A stretch of 29,931 nucleotides of DNA from a virus (taxonomy: Duplodnaviria > Caudoviricetes): positions 1 through 29,931 of the IMG/VR virus record IMGVR_UViG_3300033446_000004; one strand, given 5' to 3'. A program made the translations under genes and the position numbers. Below are positions 17,501-25,247 of this stretch, in pieces. The notes below the pieces were generated by a model that did not search any database, had not been told where the DNA came from, and saw only the letters and a program-made list of their open reading frames with translations. The stretch's first letter is position 1. Every line of letters starts with the position of its first letter.

Positions 17501-18454
17501 GTCAATATCTTTCCAAACAGCCGTTCTACCTGCTTTATCTCCGTCGGTGAATAGAATAATGTTTTTTGTAAATCGTTTCAATAATGCAATTTGTCCATCT
17601 GTAAAAGCTGTTCCGCTTGAGGCAACTGTATTGTTTAATTCTTTGGCATGAAGCGTAATACAATCGGTTTGACCTTCAACAACGTAAACTTCATTTGCTT
17701 TTTGAATAAACTTTTGAGCTTGAAAAAGTCCAAAAAGGAAATTTGATTTTGAGAATGCTGCATTCTCAGGACTATTCATATATTTAGGTTCGGACCCTTT
17801 TTGCAACAAATATCTTCCAGTATATCCGATATTATTGCCTGCCAAATCATAGAATGGAAAAATAATTCTATCTCTTATTTTATCAAAAATTTTGCCTGTT
17901 TCAATTTTTTTCGATAATAATCCAGCTGAAATAGCTGTATCAACATTTGCTCCTTTAGTTTTTATATGGTTCGTTAAATTATCCCAACTATCTTTTGCAT
18001 AACCAAGATTCCAATATGAAATTATTTCATCGTTATAGCCACGTTCGATAAGATATTCATAGCCTGCACTCCCAAAAATATTATTATGATAATATTCAGC
18101 AGCTAATTTATTGACAATTTGTATGTTGTCTTTTTCAAATCTTATTGCTGAAGCTTCGGCATCTTCAATAAATTCAATAGGAATATTCGCTTTTTTCGAT
18201 AATTGTTCAATAGCTTCAAAATAGGTAATATTTTGAAATTCCATTAAGAATTTAGCAGACCCTTTTCCCGATTTTCCGCAACCAAAACATTTAAAAATAT
18301 TTTTTGAAGGTGTAACTGCAAAACTTGGAGTTTTTTCATTATGAAAAGGGCAGCAACCTTTGTATCCTACACCACTTTTTTTAAGGTTTACATACTCTTT
18401 TACAGTATCGTATAATGCAACAGCTTCATCAATGTTTTTTGCATTTTTTATCAT
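14558..18454 (-). CDS. DnaG-type primase fused to a C-terminal P-loop NTPase/helicase
   Basis: CHC2 finger CPFHNEKTPSF...CFGCG; PKYMNSPE; TOPRIM VEGQTD...DGD; Walker A GETNAGKS and Walker B LVCEE. Confidence 0.92.
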   Translation of the reverse strand: MIKNAKNIDEAVALYDTVKEYVNLKKSGVGYKGCCPFHNEKTPSFAVTPSKNIFKCFGCGKSGKGSAKFLMEFQNITYFEAIEQLSKKANIPIEFIEDAEASAIRFEKDNIQIVNKLAAEYYHNNIFGSAGYEYLIERGYNDEIISYWNLGYAKDSWDNLTNHIKTKGANVDTAISAGLLSKKIETGKIFDKIRDRIIFPFYDLAGNNIGYTGRYLLQKGSEPKYMNSPENAAFSKSNFLFGLFQAQKFIQKANEVYVVEGQTDCITLHAKELNNTVASSGTAFTDGQIALLKRFTKNIILFTDGDKAGRTAVWKDIDICLSKLMNVKVVTLPESEDPDTLFKPMSLQQINAYLLENTHSWFDYKCNIAEVDRENLEKFTEIVNSIKESLSFIPDEVLRNEYIKRLEERFKLKEISIKAKFIEEKLHGFVCFEEAKEIIKKVDKVHVLTDIEKVITNHLNGDMSYIGLNGHIITEKHILDLKRCTSNVIVESKLDWNRYDKYEPKYVQDLKLLLKNGFNISVPIDFDQPVFVSSDEDQKDTTFTNWYLKCLIDHIFGNDDDYLAEIIENLAETLSYIPETLRGIKQNFIQEQLKEKKVKITSADFRKTLRKYEKDRIREYNTEITKHIDIPIAESFDPQNLPKYVDKSEFVRTGFFAVQNNKKQHVYFLVKDKNENLIKASNFHFLMLGHVYHKESLMNKRLLKMTHEMGEENYLEILSSNLRGYEKFSDAIYNIGDYFFQKRASWAYEKILSEASRNVPKITELTSLGHNQMGFYSASDGIFDYTEKRIISFDKFGFAKFRDNVFYCKVFSVFNDRKTEKDEVEEKKDDPKEFFVFDRKNSPIPILSYSKAQFNEYLNLIYEVYQIDNSGIYAFIFCIITCFRDILMQKLGHCPLLFMSGETNAGKSQVAESIMNMFAYKFPVFNLLSGSDAAFFNAIEFASNFPLVCEEYNDVQVTDTKFQGAKAAYDGVGKQKISATNINERKVYQVLTTLGLLGQEMPERDDQALLNRSLHVTISKKNFTEEEDAKFQKLKTFENAGLSEVLCKILSKRIFFDSHFAKNEKSIKLELKAELDKKPYVTRILNTGSEFLATAKTFMEASPELQFPFDYKFLKDIILKKIINMSELVTATNRVSNFFDVLSHLTNMKKLVYGREYIVTRCDSSLKVKNVNGETISATTDGLVLFIRLKDIFNYYKDVQKQEALKYNNLRSYLKNHSAYYGEADDITFRWFSKLIVDDSSNEQDPITGKFEEKSNLREKSVEETKRTSCMAFNYKDLNIDLLPAETQYDKKSEEMPF

Positions 18455-18960
18455 AACAAAGATCTTATTTGATTTATTAAATTCATTATATCTGTTACGT
18501 TTTTGGCTCTATTAATGCCAACCAAAACAGTACAATGACTTTTATTTATTAAACTTCCTATCAAAGTCAAGGAAGCTTCATTGAACTTTTCTTTTGCCAA
18601 AAGAAAATAAGCGGCTCTAATATCAGCCAAAAATCTTTTTTTGGATTTCATACCCAATAAATTGGGCGAAATATTACAGATTTTACAAAAATCTACAATA
18701 AAAATATTTAGCTTTTCTATTAAGTCTTTTTTAATTATAGTTTCAAATTCTAAAATTTCACTATCGTTAAATTTTTCATCAGATTCACGAAAATAAAGGA
18801 GTTGATGAAAATATTTTGCTCCTCTTGAAATTTGGAATTTGAATATATTTTTGTATATCATATCATCAAATTCCAAATATCCATCAACTTCTTTCACAAA
18901 TGAATATCTTTTGGTTGCTGTTGCAACATTTATGTAATATTCTTTTGATTTCGCATTCAT
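18451..18960 (-). CDS. Protein with DnaA C-terminal-like HTH domain
   Basis: SKKRFLADIRAAYFLLA...SLTLIGSLINKSHCTVLVGI resembles the DnaA domain IV motif; start revised to 18960. Confidence 0.72.
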   Translation of the reverse strand: MNAKSKEYYINVATATKRYSFVKEVDGYLEFDDMIYKNIFKFQISRGAKYFHQLLYFRESDEKFNDSEILEFETIIKKDLIEKLNIFIVDFCKICNISPNLLGMKSKKRFLADIRAAYFLLAKEKFNEASLTLIGSLINKSHCTVLVGINRAKNVTDIMNLINQIRSLL

Positions 18961-18962
18961 AA

Positions 18963-19157
18963 CTAAATCATTTTCAAGGTTAATGCTCCCACAAACGCAA
19001 CGCAAACGATAATTAATGTGATGCTTATAAAAAATAAGGCATTTGAACCCGACTTAGTTTTTAAATAAATTTCGCTTGGTTCTGAAAGCAAATTTTGGTT
19101 GTAATTTCTTAACCAATTTTCGGAATCTTCATTTAGTTTTTTTATTTCTTTGTTCAT
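18963..19157 (-). CDS. Small protein with C-terminal transmembrane helix
   Basis: 64 aa; ALFFISITLIIVCVAFVGALTL. Confidence 0.65.
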   Translation of the reverse strand: MNKEIKKLNEDSENWLRNYNQNLLSEPSEIYLKTKSGSNALFFISITLIIVCVAFVGALTLKMI

Positions 19158-19168
19158 GGCTTTAAATT

Positions 19169-19270
19169 TTATAAGATTTCATTAAAAATTGCAACAATTA
19201 TTGCCCAAATAAAAAGTATAATAAAGTATAATACTTCAAAATCATATTTTGTTTCTTTTATATTTTTCAT
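19169..19270 (-). CDS. 33-aa membrane microprotein (not in ORF track)
   Basis: MKNIKETKYDFEVLYFIILFIWAIIVAIFNEIL; fills the gap in the operon. Confidence 0.55.
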   Translation of the reverse strand: MKNIKETKYDFEVLYFIILFIWAIIVAIFNEIL

Positions 19271-19293
19271 AATTAATCTTTTATTAAATATCG

Positions 19294-19563
19294 TCAAAAT
19301 CCATTTTCAACCGACAAATCATTATGCGATTTTAGCATTATTATATCTCCTACATCGGTTGATTGAAAAGGTAAATGAATTTTTCTTAAATTAGTGCCTT
19401 CGAGAATTAAAATAATAAATTGAATTTTTATATCTTCTAATGGTTCAATTATTTCAAAATCAAGATTATCTAACTGTTCTTGGCTATATCTTTCAACAAA
19501 ATTTCTATCAAGAATAAATCTTGCATATAAATTTTTAGGTTCAGAAACGTGTACTATTTTCAT
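19294..19563 (-). CDS. Hypothetical protein
   Basis: 89 aa in the early operon. Confidence 0.65.
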   Translation of the reverse strand: MKIVHVSEPKNLYARFILDRNFVERYSQEQLDNLDFEIIEPLEDIKIQFIILILEGTNLRKIHLPFQSTDVGDIIMLKSHNDLSVENGF

Positions 19564-19599
19564 GGTTTTATAAATTTTATAAGGTTAAAAAATAAGTTT

Positions 19600-19670
19600 A
19601 AAAGTCAGCCGTGCCTCGCTGACAAGTACCGTCGCCGTTATTTTGCCTTATGTACATCAAGGACTTGCCC
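19600..19670 (-). promoter_or_regulatory. Structured intergenic element with terminator-like hairpin
   Basis: Minus GTCAGC-N8-GCTGAC-TTTT with an overlapping upstream stem. Confidence 0.45.
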
Positions 19671-20174
19671 TTATTGGGTTTTTATTACTTTATTTGGAGT
19701 AAAGTTTAATTTGTGTTGGATAAAAGTATTATCAAGATAGTTTGTAACATTGCCTTGAGTTTTTTGAATTTCACGACCAATAATTCCATACAATCTTTTT
19801 AATTTTCTCAGGCGAGTATAATCAACTTTGGCTTGCTCTTTTTCCAAAGTACTTCCATATATATAATCAAAAACCAAAATTTGATAAGAAATGAATTGTT
19901 TGTATAAATTTGGGTTTATTGTATTTGGATTTATTATTTGAATCCAGCGAATAAATCCTTTTTTTGTTAAACAAAATCGCGGATAATTATCACCGAATAA
20001 TAATTCATCGGACTTTTTTGTCCACTGATTTTGTAAAATAGGATCTTTTTTGATATTTCTATACTGATTTTGTTCATTAATCTTGAAAAAATCGCATAAA
20101 GGTTGCACGAAAATGCAGTCATTTTCATTGAAAATTACTGTTTGTTGAAACATTGAAATTTCTTGATTTTCCAT
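19671..20174 (-). CDS. Antirepressor-like protein (P22 Ant N-terminal-like domain)
   Basis: IFVQPLCDFFKINEQNQYRNIKKDPIL...FIRWI..INP; start revised to 20174 (167 aa). Confidence 0.72.
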   Translation of the reverse strand: MENQEISMFQQTVIFNENDCIFVQPLCDFFKINEQNQYRNIKKDPILQNQWTKKSDELLFGDNYPRFCLTKKGFIRWIQIINPNTINPNLYKQFISYQILVFDYIYGSTLEKEQAKVDYTRLRKLKRLYGIIGREIQKTQGNVTNYLDNTFIQHKLNFTPNKVIKTQ

Positions 20175-20176
20175 AT

Positions 20177-20347
20177 TTAAAATATTTTTGCTAAAAAAAG
20201 TAACCCAATTATAGTTCCTATTCCAAATATCACCTTCATCAATACTTGAATTGTGTGATCTTTGCAAAGAACTCTTTTTGTTCTTTTGCTGTAATATGCT
20301 GGAGTTTCACCGCATATTTCACATTTATTTTTGCCTGTTTTACTCAT
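20177..20347 (-). CDS. 56-aa Zn-finger-like plus transmembrane microprotein (not in ORF track)
   Basis: MSKTGKNKCEICGETPAYYSKRTKRVLCKDHTIQVLMKVIFGIGTIIGLLFLAKIF; start overlaps the upstream stop. Confidence 0.7.
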   Translation of the reverse strand: MSKTGKNKCEICGETPAYYSKRTKRVLCKDHTIQVLMKVIFGIGTIIGLLFLAKIF

Positions 20348-20705
20348 CTTGATAAGATTTTATTTTTTCTTTCAAATCATTCAATTGAATAGAATCTTTT
20401 TTTATTCCATCTTCGAGAGAATCGATCATTAATTGTAACGACCATGCTAAAGCTTCTTCCATTATTTGAAGAGTTTTTTCCAAGTTTTTCTTTGGAATTT
20501 TTAATGGATTGTTATACCGGAATTTCCAAGTTTTATAATCTAATGGATTTGTTGGATAAAATCCGTTTAGAAAAGTTACTAACTCAGTTCTAAAATTTTT
20601 AGCTCTATCAGCTTTTAAATGTCTGAATGCTTTATTTTTAATTAATAATGGAATATTAACATCACAAACTTGCAAAACGATGTTATTTTTTTTATCTTTG
20701 TCCAT
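20340..20705 (-). CDS. First early gene divergent from the repressor (Cro position)
   Basis: 121 aa basic protein; position only. Confidence 0.6.
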   Translation of the reverse strand: MDKDKKNNIVLQVCDVNIPLLIKNKAFRHLKADRAKNFRTELVTFLNGFYPTNPLDYKTWKFRYNNPLKIPKKNLEKTLQIMEEALAWSLQLMIDSLEDGIKKDSIQLNDLKEKIKSYQDE

Positions 20706-20762
20706 AGAATAATATTTAGCGATTAATTATATCACAAAAGAACAAATAAAAAATCAATTTGC

Positions 20763-20829
20763 AATAAAAATAGTTCACAATTTAATAAAAATAGTTCAAT
20801 TAATATTTAATCTAAATAAAAATAACTTA
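20763..20829. promoter_or_regulatory. Operator-like direct repeats in the divergent switch region
   Basis: AATAAAAATAGTTCA at 20763 and 20784; variant AATAAAAATAACTTA at 20815. Confidence 0.55.
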
Positions 20830-20831
20830 TA

Positions 20832-21218
20832 ATGTACTCATTTTCAGAAACAATAGAGAAATTAAGACTTGAGCAACGATTTAGTGAGAGAGGTTTTGCA
20901 AAAAAAATAGGATTAAGTGCTACAGGCTATAAATCTGCTGTAAAAATTGACGATTGGAAAGTTTCTGTACTAGAAAAGTGTTGCGATGTACTTAATTATA
21001 ATTTTATAGAATTGTTATCAGAATGTGAAAAAACCCCGCATAAATTATATAAAAAAGAAATTGAAATTAATTCAAGTATTGCAGCAGAGCCAAAAGTTGA
21101 ATATAAATTGAATCCAAGTATAAAAGAACAAAAATTAATTCTTGAAGCAACAATAAAAGAGCTCAGGGGGCAAGTTGAATATTTTAGAAATTTATATGAA
21201 ATAAATTTAAACAAATAA
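20832..21218 (+). CDS. XRE-family HTH repressor
   Basis: IEKLRLEQRFSERGFAKKIGLSATGY...LEKCCDVL; C-terminal coiled coil; divergent from the early operon. Confidence 0.8.
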   Translation: MYSFSETIEKLRLEQRFSERGFAKKIGLSATGYKSAVKIDDWKVSVLEKCCDVLNYNFIELLSECEKTPHKLYKKEIEINSSIAAEPKVEYKLNPSIKEQKLILEATIKELRGQVEYFRNLYEINLNK

Positions 21219-21240
21219 TTATACACTTAAAAGAAAGAAA

Positions 21241-21804
21241 ATGAAAAAGCTGATTTTAATCATAACTTTTAGTTTAGTACTGGGTAAACTTTTCTGTCAG
21301 GATTTAATTTATACAGAAGTTGTGGAAGTTTCAGGAAAAACTTCAAAAGAACTTTATAATTGTGCCCAAACGTGGTTTGCAGAAACCTATAACGATGGAA
21401 AGTCTGTAATTCAAGTTGATAAGTTTGAAGATGAAAAAGGAACTATAATTGGGAAGGCGTTATTAAAATACGATCAAGGATTTCTTTCAGCTTCAGGAAC
21501 TACAAGAGGAGTAATTAATTATTTGATAAAAATAGAAACAAAAGAAGGAAAATATAAATATGAAATATATCAATTTTATCACGAAGCAAATCGAACTGTT
21601 GGAAATGCTTCAGAAAATAGTTTTGGTAAAATAACTACTAATTTAGAATATGAAGGCGAAATAAGAGCTTTTTATAATCAAGGTTGGTACAATAGAGTTT
21701 GGAATGATATTAAATCTCAAATTTCTGAATATATAGAACCATTAATTTCTGAATTAAAAGAAAAAATGAAGTCGGATGCTTGTAAAGAAAAATCTGATTG
21801 GTAA
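21241..21804 (+). CDS. Secreted protein, DUF4468-like, probably lysogen-expressed
   Basis: Signal peptide MKKLILIITFSL...; YTEVVEV.GKTSKELY..AQTWFA...K.VIQ...KEGKYKY pattern. Confidence 0.7.
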   Translation: MKKLILIITFSLVLGKLFCQDLIYTEVVEVSGKTSKELYNCAQTWFAETYNDGKSVIQVDKFEDEKGTIIGKALLKYDQGFLSASGTTRGVINYLIKIETKEGKYKYEIYQFYHEANRTVGNASENSFGKITTNLEYEGEIRAFYNQGWYNRVWNDIKSQISEYIEPLISELKEKMKSDACKEKSDW

Positions 21805-21882
21805 AAAACTTAATGAAAAAGTTACGGAATGATAATTTTTAACTCATATAATGAATTGAATAATAACAACATAGCTGAACAG

Positions 21883-21906
21883 GTTGTGAACTCTCCAGCT
21901 TCACCA
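21883..21906 (+). other. Candidate attP core resembling the 3' end of tmRNA or a tRNA
   Basis: ...CTCTCCAGCTTCACCA ending in ACCA, ~140 bp upstream of the integrase and followed by a terminator-like inverted repeat. Confidence 0.6.
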
Positions 21907-21929
21907 AAACTCGAAAATTCGAGCAAAAT

Positions 21930-21988
21930 AACGACAAACTGCAACAAAGTCAAGCCTTTGAAATCCGCAGTTTGTCGTTTCTCTTTTT
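21930..21988 (+). terminator. 13-bp perfect inverted repeat with T tract
   Basis: AACGACAAACTGC (21930-21942) / GCAGTTTGTCGTT (21967-21979) then TCTCTTTTT. Confidence 0.65.
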
Positions 21989-22044
21989 AAAAAGTTTATG
22001 CAATTGTTTATCGGAGCTTTTTCTTAATATAACCCACAATCAAT

Positions 22045-23196
22045 ATGGCAAAACCTACAATTTTTATCGATACTGTGAGACCTAAGGTTGATAAAACCTG
22101 CTCCCTCTATTTAAGATTATACCTTAATGGTAGTTATTTACAAATCGCTTTGGAAATGTCAGAGTTCCCCGAAAACTTCAACAAAGAAACTTTTCAAATT
22201 TCGGGCAAAGGCTGTAAAGAAAAGAATCTTTTAATAAATAGAGCTATTGGGCAGGCTTCCGATATTTTGCTAAAATACCAAGTTCATAATAAAACTTTGA
22301 CAAAAGATTTATTTATTGCAGAATTTTCAAATCCTGCAATTTTTACTGATTTTTACGCTTTTATGTACTCACAAATAAAAATCAGACAAGGCGAAATTAC
22401 AGATACTTCAATAAAAGCACAGCTTTCAGTGTTGAATAATTTGAAAACTTATAGAAAAGAACTTTTACTTGCCGAAATTAACGAAGATTTTTTGCGAGAA
22501 TATCAAAAGTATTTGGTTAAAAAGCTTAAAATGATGCCCGCAACTGTAAATAATCAGTTTAAAACGATAAAAGTTTATGTTAACAAAGCCCGAAGATTGA
22601 AATTAATTGAGATTGATCCATTTCAATTCATTAAAATGAAGCCTGTTAACCAAATTCCTGAATTTTTGACAATTGAGGAAAGAACAAATTTGATAAACCT
22701 TTATTACAGTCATAAACTTCTTGATAATTATAGAAATGTTTTGCGCTGGTTTCTTTTTTCTTGCTTTACAGGTTTGAGAATAAGCGATTTGCGACTTGTT
22801 ACACATGAACAAATTACAAACGGAATCCTTTCATTTCATCCGTTTAAAACTTTGAATGTAAACAATAATAAAGTTTACATTCCTCTTTCAAAAACCGCAT
22901 TATTGCTAATAAAAGAAGAATCTTCTCGGAAATCGGGACTTCTATTTTCGTGTATTTCTGAAGCACGAATGAACCTATATATAAAAGAGGTATGCAAAGT
23001 TGCAAAAATAAATAGGAAAATTTCTTTTCATGCCGCCAGGCATACTTTTGCAACTATATTTTTGCAAAAATCGAAAAATGCAAATGGCATTATAATTTTA
23101 CAAAAACTGCTTGGGCATAAAAAACTAGAGAGCACTTTGAAGTACTCTCACGTTTTAGACTCTGACATTAAAAATGCCATAGATGAGTTCGATTAA
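22045..23196 (+). CDS. int: Tyrosine integrase
   Basis: TGLRISD, HAARHTF, LLGH, catalytic Y in LKYSH; N-terminal arm-binding-like region; stop overlaps the convergent gene at TTAA 23193-23196. Confidence 0.95.
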   Translation: MAKPTIFIDTVRPKVDKTCSLYLRLYLNGSYLQIALEMSEFPENFNKETFQISGKGCKEKNLLINRAIGQASDILLKYQVHNKTLTKDLFIAEFSNPAIFTDFYAFMYSQIKIRQGEITDTSIKAQLSVLNNLKTYRKELLLAEINEDFLREYQKYLVKKLKMMPATVNNQFKTIKVYVNKARRLKLIEIDPFQFIKMKPVNQIPEFLTIEERTNLINLYYSHKLLDNYRNVLRWFLFSCFTGLRISDLRLVTHEQITNGILSFHPFKTLNVNNNKVYIPLSKTALLLIKEESSRKSGLLFSCISEARMNLYIKEVCKVAKINRKISFHAARHTFATIFLQKSKNANGIIILQKLLGHKKLESTLKYSHVLDSDIKNAIDEFD

Positions 23197-23744
23197 ATTA
23201 GTTTAATCGAATCAATATTATTTCTCTTAACTAATAATTCATTAATATCTGTAACTTCGATAACACTTTCGTTCCCAAATTCATCAGTTACTAATTTTTC
23301 AATTTTCACGCCTTTACCTATGTATGAAAAAAGAATTTCTTTTGCGGGCGATAATAGTTCTTCTAAGTATTGAACTTTTTTGCCCTTAACTCTAACAGCA
23401 GATGTTTCTAAAGGTTGAATACTTTGGATTAAATTTGCTAAGATATTTTTGCTATCATACGCAATTTCTCCCAAAAGTTCTGTTAAAATAGAAACTCTTA
23501 TGAAAGTATCGTCACCTGTAGAGCCTTTTCTAATTACCCAGTTTACTTTACTGGTTGATATTTCATAATCGCTGCCTAAAATAACTAGTAATTCATTATA
23601 GGCATTTTCGATAATATTATCTAATGTTATCTTAACAGCATCGGAATTTATAATGTCTGAATCTGTTGCAAAAATAAAATATTTATCATCAAATTCTATT
23701 TTTATAACCTCGCCAGTAAATCTATTGTTAATTTGTTTGTACAT
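23193..23744 (-). CDS. Hypothetical protein after the tail fibre gene
   Basis: 183 aa; last gene of the tail operon. Confidence 0.7.
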   Translation of the reverse strand: MYKQINNRFTGEVIKIEFDDKYFIFATDSDIINSDAVKITLDNIIENAYNELLVILGSDYEISTSKVNWVIRKGSTGDDTFIRVSILTELLGEIAYDSKNILANLIQSIQPLETSAVRVKGKKVQYLEELLSPAKEILFSYIGKGVKIEKLVTDEFGNESVIEVTDINELLVKRNNIDSIKLI

Positions 23745-23764
23745 GTTAGTAGTTTAAATTTTGT

Positions 23765-25243
23765 TTATGATAATATATAAAAATTTATTTTGTTTGAAAT
23801 ATCCACATTACCTCCTAATATAAATGGTAACCCATCAGAGCCTTTAATTTGAGTTCCTGCAGTTACACCAACATTTATATCACAATTCATAACACCTGCA
23901 GCTAGTGATATAGTTCCTAAGGCTTTTCCAGTGAGTTTAGTGGAACTTGCTGTTCCTGCTAATGCAATATTCCCAGTAAAGTGTCCATCAATTTCATTAT
24001 TCTTGCCTGATATTGTCAAGTTGCTTTTGAAAATAGTACCCCTTAGAAACATGCTGTCCTGCTCAATTATAACAGTGCCGTTAAAAATACAACTTGTACC
24101 TTTTGCCCCTAAACGATGTGTTGAAACGTATAACTTGAAATTAATATTATTTAAAAACGTACAAGCTCTAAATAATAAGTTGTCTAAAAATGAACCTGCT
24201 GTATAATAAGAATAAAGTTGTGTATTGTAAATTTTTGAATTATCAATTGTGCCATTAAATCCAAATATTCCCTCAATATAAAATTCGCAATTTTTATAAC
24301 TTCCTGAACGAACTGTCCCATTTGGAGTTATATATCCATCAAACCCGGAATTAGCGAATATGCTAATGTTCAAGCTAGATGTAATATTCTTCACAAATCC
24401 GGCATAAATAAAAATTCCTCCAAATGTACCAGTTAAAGTGATATTTTCTAAAATAAAACCTCCGGTTCCATCATTCCAAAAGGTATTTGTAGCACCAGTT
24501 CCTGCACCATTTATTATTGAATTTGTTACTGTTTCGGCAGCATAATAGAAACCGCAAATTGAATAATTCGGAATATTTAATATACATTTATCAATTAGAC
24601 CTCTCCCAGCAGGGTGATTACTTACATTTCCTGTGCCGGCAATTGTGCAAATTGCAGCTGTCGAATTGTTATTTATTGTTATACCATATACATCGTGATT
24701 AACTTTAGACGTAATCGCAGTTGTATGAAATAATGCTTTTGATGCTGAATAAGAAAATGTTATATTTCCAACACCTCTAGTGTTTCTCAGTGTTAAGCAT
24801 TTTGTTGTTGGAATTATGAAACCAAAAGCCCCACAATTTATAGTGAATCCGTTTAAGTCTATATAACAGTCTTCTGATATATTATTATCAGTTGTTAATG
24901 CTACGTTTCCAACAACTTTCAATCTATATTTCCCTGCTGCAATTGCGGTTGAAGGTTCTGAGTATTGTCCCCCAACTCCAATTGTAGCATCGAAATAAGC
25001 AACAGCATTAATATTGGCAATCGAAGTTCCTGAATCTTTAATTAATTTTCCTGTGGCTAAATCATAAATTGCTATATTATTATCAAAAGCATTTGCAGGT
25101 CCTTTCACATAATCCGAAAGATTCGGAGCTACGTAATCGTCTAAATGCAAAAATGAGTCAAATATGTTTGCAAAATCTTCTTGAGGCGGTCTCATGAAAT
25201 TTAGAAACCTAGATCTTAAGTATGCTATAGTTTTTTTTGCCAT
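23765..25243 (-). CDS. Tail fibre/spike, putative receptor-binding protein with beta-helix-like body
   Basis: N-terminal LRSRF..MRPPQEDFANIFDSFLH, TGKLIKDSG motif, Asn/Gly/Ile-rich short beta repeats. Confidence 0.72.
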   Translation of the reverse strand: MAKKTIAYLRSRFLNFMRPPQEDFANIFDSFLHLDDYVAPNLSDYVKGPANAFDNNIAIYDLATGKLIKDSGTSIANINAVAYFDATIGVGGQYSEPSTAIAAGKYRLKVVGNVALTTDNNISEDCYIDLNGFTINCGAFGFIIPTTKCLTLRNTRGVGNITFSYSASKALFHTTAITSKVNHDVYGITINNNSTAAICTIAGTGNVSNHPAGRGLIDKCILNIPNYSICGFYYAAETVTNSIINGAGTGATNTFWNDGTGGFILENITLTGTFGGIFIYAGFVKNITSSLNISIFANSGFDGYITPNGTVRSGSYKNCEFYIEGIFGFNGTIDNSKIYNTQLYSYYTAGSFLDNLLFRACTFLNNINFKLYVSTHRLGAKGTSCIFNGTVIIEQDSMFLRGTIFKSNLTISGKNNEIDGHFTGNIALAGTASSTKLTGKALGTISLAAGVMNCDINVGVTAGTQIKGSDGLPFILGGNVDISNKINFYILS

Positions 25244-25247
25244 TTAA

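Noticed and set aside
19659-19664. Third copy of the GTCCTT promoter box
   Set aside because: No TAAAATTG-like element at the 20-bp spacing.
21860-21910. Complete tRNA or tmRNA gene
   Set aside because: Only a 3'-end-like 16-24 nt is present, with no 5' acceptor strand or cloverleaf upstream.
23765-25243. Diversity-generating retroelement or invertible tail-fibre system
   Set aside because: No reverse transcriptase, TR/VR pair, invertase or inverted fibre segments seen in this window.
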